Below are positions 9,968 through 18,300 of a DNA stretch of 64,000 nucleotides, piece by piece (the first letter of the stretch is position 1; each line of letters starts with the position of its first letter). Made by a program: the position numbers and the translations under genes. The stretch covers positions 335,480 through 399,479 of the forward strand of contig JBGAON010000001.1 in assembly GCA_044221725.1 (NCBI GenBank), given 5' to 3'. The stretch is from Elusimicrobiota bacterium. GTDB lineage: Bacteria > Elusimicrobiota > Elusimicrobia > F11. The notes below the pieces were generated by a model. It worked only from the letters and a program-made list of their open reading frames with translations, did no database searches and was not told the origin of the DNA.

Positions 9968-10041
9968 GGTGTGAATTTTTGCTGAGACCGAATCAATGTC
10001 GCAAGTCGCGACTTGACCCCTTTTATGCTTTTATGAATCTC

Positions 10042-10365
10042 TTAAAGTCCCAAACTTTCGCACGCTTGAACTGTAACAATCATCTTGATTTGGTGGTCGT
10101 AAATGTCGAAAGGAACACCAAGATTGTCACTATCATAATTCCTTGCGTCCGCGATCTCTTGCTGGAGGAACACATCGCCGGATTTGATCGCATCGTTGAT
10201 TGTTTGAAGTTCTTGGCGGAATCGATCACAGTCCGCCGCTACAACGCCGATAATTATTCCGCCTCCTGCTGCTCCGTGAGGGGGGAGCACTTCGGCGCCA
10301 GCAAATGCATGGCTCGACATGCCTAAGCTTGCGCCAATAAGCATCAGTGTTAGGAACTTTTTCAT
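10042..10365 (-). CDS. small secreted hypothetical protein
   Basis: Start set at internal ATG 10365 (MKKFLTLMLIGASLGMSSHAFA signal peptide) with SD AAGGAGA 7 nt upstream. The 5' extension of the ORF-track model lacks an RBS. Confidence 0.55.
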   Translation of the reverse strand: MKKFLTLMLIGASLGMSSHAFAGAEVLPPHGAAGGGIIIGVVAADCDRFRQELQTINDAIKSGDVFLQQEIADARNYDSDNLGVPFDIYDHQIKMIVTVQACESLGL

Positions 10366-10434
10366 AAAACATCTCCTTGATTGTCCGTTAAAGACAAAAC
10401 GGATTTGATTTTTTGTTGCCTGTCTTGACGCATC

Positions 10435-12573
10435 TTGCAACGCTCCGGCCTGCGGTTTCTCGTTTTCCGTCTTGAAAATGAAGCGGTTTTCGGGCACGCT
10501 TGTTTGGTGCGGAGAGGTCGGAAAATCCCCATAAAAATCGCGTTGTTTTTGGTTTTCTTTGGATCCATTTCTGTGTGGGCCGAAGTAAAACTGCGAATTT
10601 ATTTGCAGGACGGTACTCTTCAGGCGGGAAATCTCGTTGCCGAAACAGAAAATTCGTTCGTGATCTTGAACAAAGAAGAACGGTTGGAAATTAAAAAAGA
10701 CAAGATCATGTTCATTAACGGGAAGACGCTAAAACAGTGGCAAGAGCGGCCCGATAAACTTTTTCAAACCGAAATTATTCCTTCCGATATTCCGAACCCT
10801 GCTTATGTGAATGACAAGGCGCCGAACCCTCCGCCGCCGTCGCCTGCAACGCAGGCCGCCGCAAAATCAGCACCGGTTCCGGCGACGGAAAAATCTGTTG
10901 TGCCCGCCACAGGTAAAGCGGCTTCAGCATCTGCCGCAGCAGCATCCGCCACCGCAACAACCGCCGCTCCGCAATCCGCGCCCGTAATTGCTCCGGTAAA
11001 ACCGTTATCCGAGGTCGCCGCCGCGAAGGCCACTCCAACACCAGCACCAACACCCGTGGCAGCGAACCCCACACCGGCACCAACGCCGGCCGCGGCAAAA
11101 CGAACCCCGGCGCCAACCCCAGCGCCCGTCGTTAAGAGTGAAGAGCCCAAGGCTGCGCCCGTGGCAAAAAAAGAAGAACCAAAAGTTGAACCCGTGGTTG
11201 CTGCAGCGCCCGCTGCTCCTGTGGAAAAGCGTCGCAAGAAAAATCGGCACCATCGTTCGGATAAAACCGACGTGGCCGCAGTGCCGCCTGCAAAACCAGC
11301 GCCAGAAAAATCGCTCCCGGTTCCACCCGATCCAACGACGATCCCCACGGAAACAGCAAGTCTTTCTGCGGTTGCCGGGATCGCTCGTCCGTCAGGTTTT
11401 CAGCGGAAGGAGATGGGGGATTATCACTTCGCGCGCGCAGTCGCCTACGAAAAAGCCGGCGCGCGCGGGCAAGCGATTCAAGAACTCCACATTTCCACGT
11501 TGCTCGATCGACAAAATCCTGATTCCGTGTATATGCTCGGGAAACTTTATTTTGATGAAGGGCAGAAAGACCGCGCGGAGAAATATTTCAACCATCCGCT
11601 TGTGAAGAAGCGGCCGGAAATCGAGACGTTTACGAAGCAACTGGAGCAAGCGGAGAAAAAGCAGGAACAAAACAAAAATATTCTCTATGGACTGACGGCC
11701 GTTGGCGCTCTCGCTTGGATTCCCCTGTTGCTGATTGTGCGTCGGTTCCGGAAAAAGACAAAGCGAGTGATCACAGCAGAGTCAATTGAAGTTACGAAGA
11801 ACATCATTGAAGACGTTATAGAGGAAGTGGCTGAAAAAGGTCCGGCGTTTAAACCGCAAATGCCATCACCGGTTCCGCCGCGCACGGCGCCACCGGTCGC
11901 CCCAGTGCTTCCTGAAAATTCCTTCGCCGGAAAGCCGGAGCCGGTCGTTCAGCAAAAACCGGTAACGCCTGCTGTTCCGCCCGCCCCTGTCGTGTCGCCG
12001 GTGCCCCTGTTGCCACCCGCTCCCGTAACGCCACCGGCGCCGATCGTGACCGGAATTCCAGCGCCAATTTCGTTGCCGCCAGCGGTGCCTCCCATTGTTC
12101 CTCCTATTATTACGCCACCCGTGGGAGCGCCCGAGCCAGCCCCCGAACCGGTGGCTGTGCCCGCGTTTTTCAAGAAAGTGGAAGGCCTCGATACCGAATC
12201 GGTGCTTCGACTTGCGAGCATGGTGGACCGCGCCGTCCGGAAAGGCAATGCCTACGCGATCGACAATCAGTACGATCTCGCACGTCGCGAGTATCGAACC
12301 GCGTTGGCACTGAACCCAGCATGCCTCGAAGCGTATCTGGGATTGGGATACTTATGTTTCACTCAGGGCCAATGGGATTTGGCGCTTGAGCACTATTCGA
12401 AAGCGATTGCGATTGATTCGAACTCGGCCGATGCGCATTACGGAATCGGTCGCGTTATGTTAGAAACGGAACACGTTGACGAGGCGGTTTATGAGTTTCA
12501 AAAAACGCTCGCCTTGGACACCATGTTTGACGACGCTCGGGAGACCCTAACCTCCCTCGGCGTCGTCGTTTAG
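10435..12573 (+). CDS. Pro/Ala-rich single-pass membrane protein with C-terminal TPR repeats
   Basis: Long low-complexity APTPAPTP region, one TM helice (LYGLTAVGALAWIPLLLIV), a second Pro-rich segment, and C-terminal TPR units (LNPACLEAYLGLGYLCFTQGQWDLALEHYSKAIAIDSNSADAHYGIG). Start uncertain; TTG 10435 or GTG 10507 preceding an RRGRKIPIKIALFLVFFGSISVWA signal-like segment. Confidence 0.55.
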   Translation: MQRSGLRFLVFRLENEAVFGHACLVRRGRKIPIKIALFLVFFGSISVWAEVKLRIYLQDGTLQAGNLVAETENSFVILNKEERLEIKKDKIMFINGKTLKQWQERPDKLFQTEIIPSDIPNPAYVNDKAPNPPPPSPATQAAAKSAPVPATEKSVVPATGKAASASAAAASATATTAAPQSAPVIAPVKPLSEVAAAKATPTPAPTPVAANPTPAPTPAAAKRTPAPTPAPVVKSEEPKAAPVAKKEEPKVEPVVAAAPAAPVEKRRKKNRHHRSDKTDVAAVPPAKPAPEKSLPVPPDPTTIPTETASLSAVAGIARPSGFQRKEMGDYHFARAVAYEKAGARGQAIQELHISTLLDRQNPDSVYMLGKLYFDEGQKDRAEKYFNHPLVKKRPEIETFTKQLEQAEKKQEQNKNILYGLTAVGALAWIPLLLIVRRFRKKTKRVITAESIEVTKNIIEDVIEEVAEKGPAFKPQMPSPVPPRTAPPVAPVLPENSFAGKPEPVVQQKPVTPAVPPAPVVSPVPLLPPAPVTPPAPIVTGIPAPISLPPAVPPIVPPIITPPVGAPEPAPEPVAVPAFFKKVEGLDTESVLRLASMVDRAVRKGNAYAIDNQYDLARREYRTALALNPACLEAYLGLGYLCFTQGQWDLALEHYSKAIAIDSNSADAHYGIGRVMLETEHVDEAVYEFQKTLALDTMFDDARETLTSLGVVV
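10795..11335 (+). repeat. low-complexity Ala/Pro/Thr codon repeat region (coding)
   Basis: Imperfect tandem reiteration of ccaacaccagcaccaaca / ccggcaccaacgccggc units encoding (A)PTPAPTP. It produces spurious antisense ORFs 10775..11348. Confidence 0.6.
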
Positions 12574-12739
12574 CGCACCAAAAATTCGGTTTTTCCGTCG
12601 AATTGACACTTCCCACCGCTTTTTGTTAGCTTCCGGCCCAACAATTTCCTCCCCTCGTGGTCCAACGACGGACCCATCATCAACACATCAAAGGTGAAAG
12701 TTTTGCATCAGGGGTAACAATCAAGGAGACGTACTTCTT

Positions 12740-14581
12740 ATGGCTACAAAAGATCGCGCCGTTGTCTGGATAGGTGGAGCTGCAGGTGAAGGTATTGCTT
12801 CCACCGGAGATATTTTCTGTAAGACCGCTTCCCGCATGGGTTTGTGGGTATTCGCCTACAATAGTTATCAGTCGGTAATTCGTGGCGGCCACGTCTATTA
12901 CCAGGTTCAAATTGGTGGTGGAGACAAAGTTCTCTCGCAAGGCGACGAACCCGATGTGCTCGTAGCGCTGAACCAAGACACGATTGATCGGCACGCAGGA
13001 AAGGTTCTTGAAGGCGGCGCCATTATCTTTAATAAGGACAAGATCAAAGTTGAAGGCCTCAAAATCCGCAAGAACGTTCAAATTATCGCCATCCCCGTAG
13101 AAGAACTCACCAAAGAATTCGGTCGCAACCCTGTCATGCAAAACACCGTCGACTCCGGCGCGCTCGCGTATGTGTTGGGAATGGATTGGGCCACTTACGA
13201 AGGGGCGATCAAATCCATTTTCGGTTCGAAGAAAAGCGAAATTGCCGACCAGAACATCAAAGTGGCGCTCAAAGGCGCGGAATTCGCGAAAGCCAACTTC
13301 AAACCTCTCGATATTAAACTCAAAGGCGATAGCAAAAAGCGCGCCATTGCTACTGGCAACGCGATGATCGCGTTCGGCGCATTGACCGGCGGTTGCAAAT
13401 TCTACAGCGCGTACCCAATGACGCCAGCGTCGTCGATCATGCATTGGCTCGCGCCGCGCGGTGCCAAGTACGGACTTGTTATGAAACAAATGGAAGACGA
13501 AATTGCTGCAATGGCTTCCACGGTTGGCGCTGGCCATGTCGGCTGCCGTTCAATGACCGGAACTTCGGGCGGCGGGTTCGCTTTGATGACCGAAGCCATT
13601 GGTCTTGCAGCAATGACCGAAACACCGTGTGTTGTTGCGCATGTCATGCGTGGTGGCCCGTCCACCGGTCTTCCGACCAAAACCGAACAAGCCGACCTCT
13701 TCCAAGATATCGGCGCTGGTCAAGGCGATTATCCGAAAGCCATTATCGCTCCCATTACCGTTGATGATTGCTATCACGCGACCATTGAAGCGTTGAACCT
13801 CTCCGAAAAATATCAAACCCCTGTCATTATCGCCTCCGACCTTTTCCTTTCCGAACACGCCGAAACCATTGACGACGGACTTGTTAACCCGAACATCAAA
13901 ATTGAACGCGGCGAAATTGTGACCTCGTGGAAAGCGTCGGACCCGTCGAAAACAGACAAAGATGCCTGGTACGTTGAGAAAAACGCGGACGACTATTTGC
14001 GCTTCAAAGACACGCCGAGCGGTGTTTCGCCGCGCGCGTTGCCGGGCACGGAGAATACGCTCTTCGTTGCGGCGTCGGACGAACATGATGAAGAAGGGAT
14101 CGTTATCTCGGACGTGTTCACGGACGAAAAGATCCGCATCAAAATGATGAACAAGCGCATGCGCAAAATGATCGGTATTGAGAAAGACACGAAAGGCCCG
14201 ATCGTGACCGGCGCAAAGAACGCGGACGTGACGCTGGTGGGTTGGGGCTCCACGTTCCAGATCATCGAAGAAGTGCGCCTCGCGCTCGAGAAGAAAGGCA
14301 AATCCGTTAACCACATCCACTTCCGCACCGTGTGGCCAATTCATGCTGATGAAACCTCGAAGTTGCTCAATGCGGCCAAGAAAACCATCAACATCGAAGT
14401 GAATTTTACGAGCCAGATGGCAAAGATCATTCGCATGGAAACGGGTTATCAAATGCACCATTTCATCAATAAATATGACGGTGAGCCTTACACGTTGGAA
14501 GGGCTCTTGAAAGAAGTTGAGAATTGCATGAGCAGCAAAGCCACCAACAACAAAGTGGCCGAGCTTGCCGGCACAAGGTAA
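12740..14581 (+). CDS. 2-oxoacid:ferredoxin oxidoreductase alpha subunit (fused gamma+alpha domains)
   Basis: N-terminal gamma/catalytic domain (VVWIGGAAGEGIASTGDIFCKTASRMGLWVFAYNSYQSVIRGGHVYYQVQI), then alpha domain (IATGNAMIAFGALTGGCKFYSAYPMTPASSI). 613 aa matches two-subunit OFOR alpha. SD AAGGAG 9 nt upstream. Confidence 0.85.
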   Translation: MATKDRAVVWIGGAAGEGIASTGDIFCKTASRMGLWVFAYNSYQSVIRGGHVYYQVQIGGGDKVLSQGDEPDVLVALNQDTIDRHAGKVLEGGAIIFNKDKIKVEGLKIRKNVQIIAIPVEELTKEFGRNPVMQNTVDSGALAYVLGMDWATYEGAIKSIFGSKKSEIADQNIKVALKGAEFAKANFKPLDIKLKGDSKKRAIATGNAMIAFGALTGGCKFYSAYPMTPASSIMHWLAPRGAKYGLVMKQMEDEIAAMASTVGAGHVGCRSMTGTSGGGFALMTEAIGLAAMTETPCVVAHVMRGGPSTGLPTKTEQADLFQDIGAGQGDYPKAIIAPITVDDCYHATIEALNLSEKYQTPVIIASDLFLSEHAETIDDGLVNPNIKIERGEIVTSWKASDPSKTDKDAWYVEKNADDYLRFKDTPSGVSPRALPGTENTLFVAASDEHDEEGIVISDVFTDEKIRIKMMNKRMRKMIGIEKDTKGPIVTGAKNADVTLVGWGSTFQIIEEVRLALEKKGKSVNHIHFRTVWPIHADETSKLLNAAKKTINIEVNFTSQMAKIIRMETGYQMHHFINKYDGEPYTLEGLLKEVENCMSSKATNNKVAELAGTR

Positions 14582-14592
14582 GGAGAATTTCT

Positions 14593-15480
14593 ATGACCGA
14601 AGCGACAGCAACAGCAACAACGCCTCTCGCGGAATTCCGCTCGAAAGTGGCACCCGACTGGTGCCCAGGTTGCGGCGACTATGGCGTGCTCAGCGCACTG
14701 CAGAAAGCGGCATCCAATTGCAACATTCAGCCGAAAGATTTGATGGTTGTATCCGGGATCGGATGCTCGTCGAACTTGCCGGGATTCATTCGCTCCTACG
14801 GTTTCCATAGTCTTCATGGCCGCGGAGTCGCGGTGGCAACCGGAATGAAACTTGGAAATCCGGATCTCAACGTTGTCGCGACGGGCGGCGACGGTGACGG
14901 TTTCGGCATCGGCGTCGGACACTTCATCCACGCGATGCGCCGCAACGTGAACATCACCTACATCGTGATGAACAACCAAATCTATGGTTTGACCACGGGG
15001 CAAGCATCGCCGACCACGTCGCGCATGCACAAAACGAAATCCACACCAAACGGGAACCTTGAGTTTCCGTTCAACCCAGAAGGCGTCGCGCTTATGGCCG
15101 GTGCCTCGTTCGTGTCGCGCGGTTTCTCGGGTGACGGTGCGGGTCTCGCAAAAATTATGGAACGCGCCATCAAACACAAAGGTTTTTCGCTCGTTGTCGT
15201 GATGAGCCCGTGCGTAACGTACAACAAATTGAACACGTACTCCTGGTTCCGTGACAAGGTGTATAAACTCGAAGATGAAGGTCACGATGTGAACAACTTC
15301 GAATTGGCGCTGAAAAAATCGATGGAATGGGAAAATCGTATTCCGCTCGGCGTGTTTTACGAAACCGACAAGCCGGTCTACGAAGAATCCGAACCGGCGT
15401 ACGAATTCGGCGCACCATCCAAACAAAAACTCGGACTCAAATCCGAAGACTGGAACGTCCTCTACGACAGCTTCCGGTAA
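14593..15480 (+). CDS. 2-oxoacid:ferredoxin oxidoreductase beta subunit (TPP-binding)
   Basis: Start set at ATG 14593, 12 nt after the alpha stop, with SD AAGGAGAA. CPGCGDYG Cys motif and TPP-binding GDGDGFGIG...NNQIYGLTTGQ. Confidence 0.85.
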   Translation: MTEATATATTPLAEFRSKVAPDWCPGCGDYGVLSALQKAASNCNIQPKDLMVVSGIGCSSNLPGFIRSYGFHSLHGRGVAVATGMKLGNPDLNVVATGGDGDGFGIGVGHFIHAMRRNVNITYIVMNNQIYGLTTGQASPTTSRMHKTKSTPNGNLEFPFNPEGVALMAGASFVSRGFSGDGAGLAKIMERAIKHKGFSLVVVMSPCVTYNKLNTYSWFRDKVYKLEDEGHDVNNFELALKKSMEWENRIPLGVFYETDKPVYEESEPAYEFGAPSKQKLGLKSEDWNVLYDSFR

Positions 15481-15503
15481 ATCAAACACTTAAAAACAGA
15501 TGA

Positions 15504-15544
15504 AGACCCAGTTTCGCTAACACGGAGCTGGGTCTTTTCTTTTT
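15504..15544 (+). terminator. rho-independent terminator after oxidoreductase operon
   Basis: AGACCCAG-(16 nt)-CTGGGTCT stem followed by TTTTCTTTTT. Confidence 0.7.
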
Positions 15545-16108
15545 ATGGCGAAACATAAATATTTCCCTTCCGCTCTTAATGTGTGTGACAAAGAATGTCT
15601 CGTGATTGGTGACGACCGCGAAGCCAACGAAAAATCTCAGCGGTTGCGCGATGCGGGAGCGCGCGTGACCGTTGTGGCACCGAAGGATTTCAATCTGTCC
15701 CAAATCAAAGATCAATTTCTCGTGATCTTTTGCCCAAAGACCGATGCTGAGCTCACGAGAAAAGTGGCTGCGGCATGTCGCCAAAAGCGAGTGCTGCTGT
15801 GTGCGATTGACCAGCCCGCGTACTGCGATGTGGTAAATGTCTCTGTATTTGATAAAGGAAGACTGCGCGTCACGATTGGAACGGGCGGAGCCGCGCCGGC
15901 GGTGGCGCGGAAAATTCGTGAAGGGTTGGAAGCATCCCTCAAAGATGTGCCGCTTGAAGATTTTCTCGATGATTTGGCGGCGCTTCGCGAACGGTTGGAA
16001 AAAGAGATACCCAATCCTCCCGACCGAATTCCAAAATTACTAGAAGCAGCCGAGGGATTTGAATTTCGGGCCAGCGTGACGCTGCCCGCAAAATGGAGCA
16101 ACAAATGA
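15545..16108 (+). CDS. precorrin-2 dehydrogenase / sirohydrochlorin ferrochelatase family protein (SirC/CysG N-terminal-like)
   Basis: NAD-binding CLVIGDD...EANEKSQRLRDAGARVTVVAP, and LLCAIDQP...VNVSVFDKGRLRVTIGTGGAAPAVARKIRE, typical of siroheme-synthase N-terminal domain. Confidence 0.7.
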   Translation: MAKHKYFPSALNVCDKECLVIGDDREANEKSQRLRDAGARVTVVAPKDFNLSQIKDQFLVIFCPKTDAELTRKVAAACRQKRVLLCAIDQPAYCDVVNVSVFDKGRLRVTIGTGGAAPAVARKIREGLEASLKDVPLEDFLDDLAALRERLEKEIPNPPDRIPKLLEAAEGFEFRASVTLPAKWSNK

Positions 16109-16902
16109 CGAAGTCTCGCATCGGTTTTTGGTTGTGTTTGATGGTCGCCACCGTGGCACACGCCTCGAACATAGCGCTCGTATATGAAAACGAAGCGGCT
16201 GTTAAACAAGGGAAAGCGACGATCGGCACGGTCGTTTCGGACGGAGTGCTCACATCCGCCCAATTCGCGCTTTCGGCCAGCAAAACAATTTTGATCGCGC
16301 CAGCCGGGCAAGATTTGCGCCGCGGCGTTCTCGTGCGACTCGATAACGATCTTGATCTCGCGGTGCTCCGCCTCGGTGATCTTGTCACCGATCCTATTCT
16401 TCAAGAAGCGAATCGAAAAAAGTCGGAAGCGGTTCTTGCGTTCGCGCCGGCGGGTGTCGCGGCCGCCAACGCGGACGGGACCACATCGTCGCTCTTGCCC
16501 GTTGAGCCCTTGAAGGGCGAAGGCTGGGTTCTCAAAATCAACGACCAAGTGCCCGGCCGTGAACCGATTGAACTTAAGTCCGCGCTCAGCAAGTCGCAAT
16601 TCAAAGTTGAGCTCGTCTATATGAGCACGACGCCCGTGTGGGGATTTTCTTTCAAGCTCATGTCCAGTCCAAAGCTTTCGTTCTGGAAACAAGGTCGGCA
16701 GACGACGCTGAACGAAGTGCCGAAACCTATTTTCATTTACGACCACCAAGCGCTGTTCAGCCCGCTTAAAGGCGGAAAGTCCGTTGTGTTGCCGATGGAA
16801 GCGCATTTCATCGACGAAAAGAAGGAATACAATTTGACGTTCGAAATCACGTCCAAAAAAGCCGAAAAATTCTCGCAGACCGTGCGAGTAATATTTAAAT
16901 AA
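16093..16902 (+). CDS. secreted hypothetical protein with degenerate trypsin-like N-terminal signature
   Basis: Signal peptide (alternative start ATG 16105). GTVVSDGVLTSAQF...DLDLAVLRL resembles the S1C protease N-lobe, but the His of the TNAHV motif is replaced (TSAQF) and no GDSGG is found. Confidence 0.4.
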   Translation: MEQQMTKSRIGFWLCLMVATVAHASNIALVYENEAAVKQGKATIGTVVSDGVLTSAQFALSASKTILIAPAGQDLRRGVLVRLDNDLDLAVLRLGDLVTDPILQEANRKKSEAVLAFAPAGVAAANADGTTSSLLPVEPLKGEGWVLKINDQVPGREPIELKSALSKSQFKVELVYMSTTPVWGFSFKLMSSPKLSFWKQGRQTTLNEVPKPIFIYDHQALFSPLKGGKSVVLPMEAHFIDEKKEYNLTFEITSKKAEKFSQTVRVIFK

Positions 16903-16935
16903 GGCCCGTTCGTTAACTTAGGGCGAGGAGTCTTC

Positions 16936-17883
16936 ATGTCACGAAAGAAAGTAACTGTTGTTGGTGCTGGGAATGTCGGAGCGTCATTGGCGCAGGCCGT
17001 TGCGCTTACAAATTTGGCGGACGTTGTTCTTATCGATATTCCGGAGACCGGTGGTATGCCGGCCGGAAAAGGTTTGGACTTGCTTGAAGCGGGAACGGTG
17101 TATGGTTACAGCACTCACATTTCCGGCGGAACGGATTGGGCGCTTGTGAAAAATTCGGACATCGTGGTGGTCACGGCGGGCGTGCCACGCAAGCCCGGAA
17201 TGTCACGCGATGATCTTTTAGCGATCAACGCGAAGATCGTTGGTGAAGTGGGAAAAAAGATTAAGGCAAACGCGCCAAACGCGCTCGTCATTGTGGTGTC
17301 AAATCCTCTGGATGCAATGTGCACGGTGTTGCAGCGCGCCACCGGTTTCCCACGCGAACGCGTGCTCGGAATGGCCGGTGTGCTCGATTCCGCTCGCATG
17401 AAGGCGTTTATTGCCGAAGAATTGGAAGTGTCCGTCGAGAATGTGGATGGCTTCGTGCTGGGGGGGCACGGTGACACAATGGTGCCACTGCCGCGTTTCA
17501 CAACGGTGTCGGGAATCCCCTTGTCCGAGTTTCTTCCGAAGGAACGTGTGGACGCGATTATGCAGCGCACCCGCGATGGCGGTGCTGAGATTGTGAAGCT
17601 TCTTGAGAAAGGGTCGGCATTTTACGCACCGGCCGCATCCGTATGCGAAATGATCGAAGCCATTCTTCTCGATAAGAAAAAAATTCTCCCCTGCGCCGTT
17701 TTGTTAAACGGCGAGTACGGCGTGAAAGGGCTTTTTGTGGGTGTGCTGGCAAAGCTGGGCTCAAACGGTATGGAGGGTGTGATTAACCTCAAGCTTAACG
17801 CCGAAGAGGAAGCGGGTTTTCGTAAATCGGTCAAAGCCGTCGAGGAATTGGTGGCCGCGGTTGACAAGATGGCGCTCGTCTAG
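16936..17883 (+). CDS. mdh: malate dehydrogenase (LDH-like family)
   Basis: [15 protein letters not shown] Rossmann motif, [18 protein letters not shown], catalytic loop. 315 aa. SD GAGGAG. Confidence 0.9.
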   Translation: MSRKKVTVVGAGNVGASLAQAVALTNLADVVLIDIPETGGMPAGKGLDLLEAGTVYGYSTHISGGTDWALVKNSDIVVVTAGVPRKPGMSRDDLLAINAKIVGEVGKKIKANAPNALVIVVSNPLDAMCTVLQRATGFPRERVLGMAGVLDSARMKAFIAEELEVSVENVDGFVLGGHGDTMVPLPRFTTVSGIPLSEFLPKERVDAIMQRTRDGGAEIVKLLEKGSAFYAPAASVCEMIEAILLDKKKILPCAVLLNGEYGVKGLFVGVLAKLGSNGMEGVINLKLNAEEEAGFRKSVKAVEELVAAVDKMALV

Positions 17884-17917
17884 CCGAACTCAGCCCCGCC
17901 AGATTCGTAAAACGGAT

Positions 17918-18229
17918 ATGGCGAATGAAAATAAGGCTTTGGCCGCCAACGAGATCGGCAAGCGTTTGAAAGATTTGCCGCAGTGGAGCGAGGCGGAAGA
18001 TTCGCTCGTGCGGGGACAGAAATTCAATTCCTACCGAGACGCACTGGACTTCGTATACGCGGTCGGGAAGGCCGCTGACAAGAACGATCACCACCCCGAC
18101 ATGCGTATCGATTACAAAACTGTCGAAGTGCGTTTCTCAACGCACTCGGCGGGCGGAATCACCGCGTTGGACTTCAAAATGGCCGCTGCGGTCGAAGCGT
18201 TGATCCCAAAATTTCTGAAGCGGTCGTAA
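17918..18229 (+). CDS. 4a-hydroxytetrahydrobiopterin dehydratase (PCD/DCoH)
   Basis: Start moved to ATG 17918, after the mdh stop. HHPDMRIDYKTVEVRFSTHSAGGIT matches the PCD signature. Confidence 0.75.
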   Translation: MANENKALAANEIGKRLKDLPQWSEAEDSLVRGQKFNSYRDALDFVYAVGKAADKNDHHPDMRIDYKTVEVRFSTHSAGGITALDFKMAAAVEALIPKFLKRS

Positions 18230-18300
18230 CAATTTTATTTCGGTGCTGTTACCGAAGGTTTACATCTTCTTAAGACCAACTTAAGCCGGTTGTCGTTTAA

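Noticed and set aside
10775-11348. Minus-strand ORFs of 113 and 181 aa with Gly/Ala-rich translations
   Set aside because: Antisense artefacts of the Pro/Ala-rich repeat coding region of 10435..12573. No RBS and compositionally mirrored.
12603-12631. TTGACA-N17-TTAGCT possible sigma-70 promoter upstream of the 2-oxoacid oxidoreductase operon
   Set aside because: The -35 is perfect, but the -10 matches TATAAT at only 2 of 6 positions. Not supportable without TSS data.
13550-14461. 303-aa minus-strand ORF, with several others, antisense to the oxidoreductase alpha gene. Similar long antisense ORFs occur at 15712..16806, 30587..31282 and 43767..44564.
   Set aside because: The sense-strand genes have strong homology-based support. 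These are typical high-GC antisense open frames with no start context.
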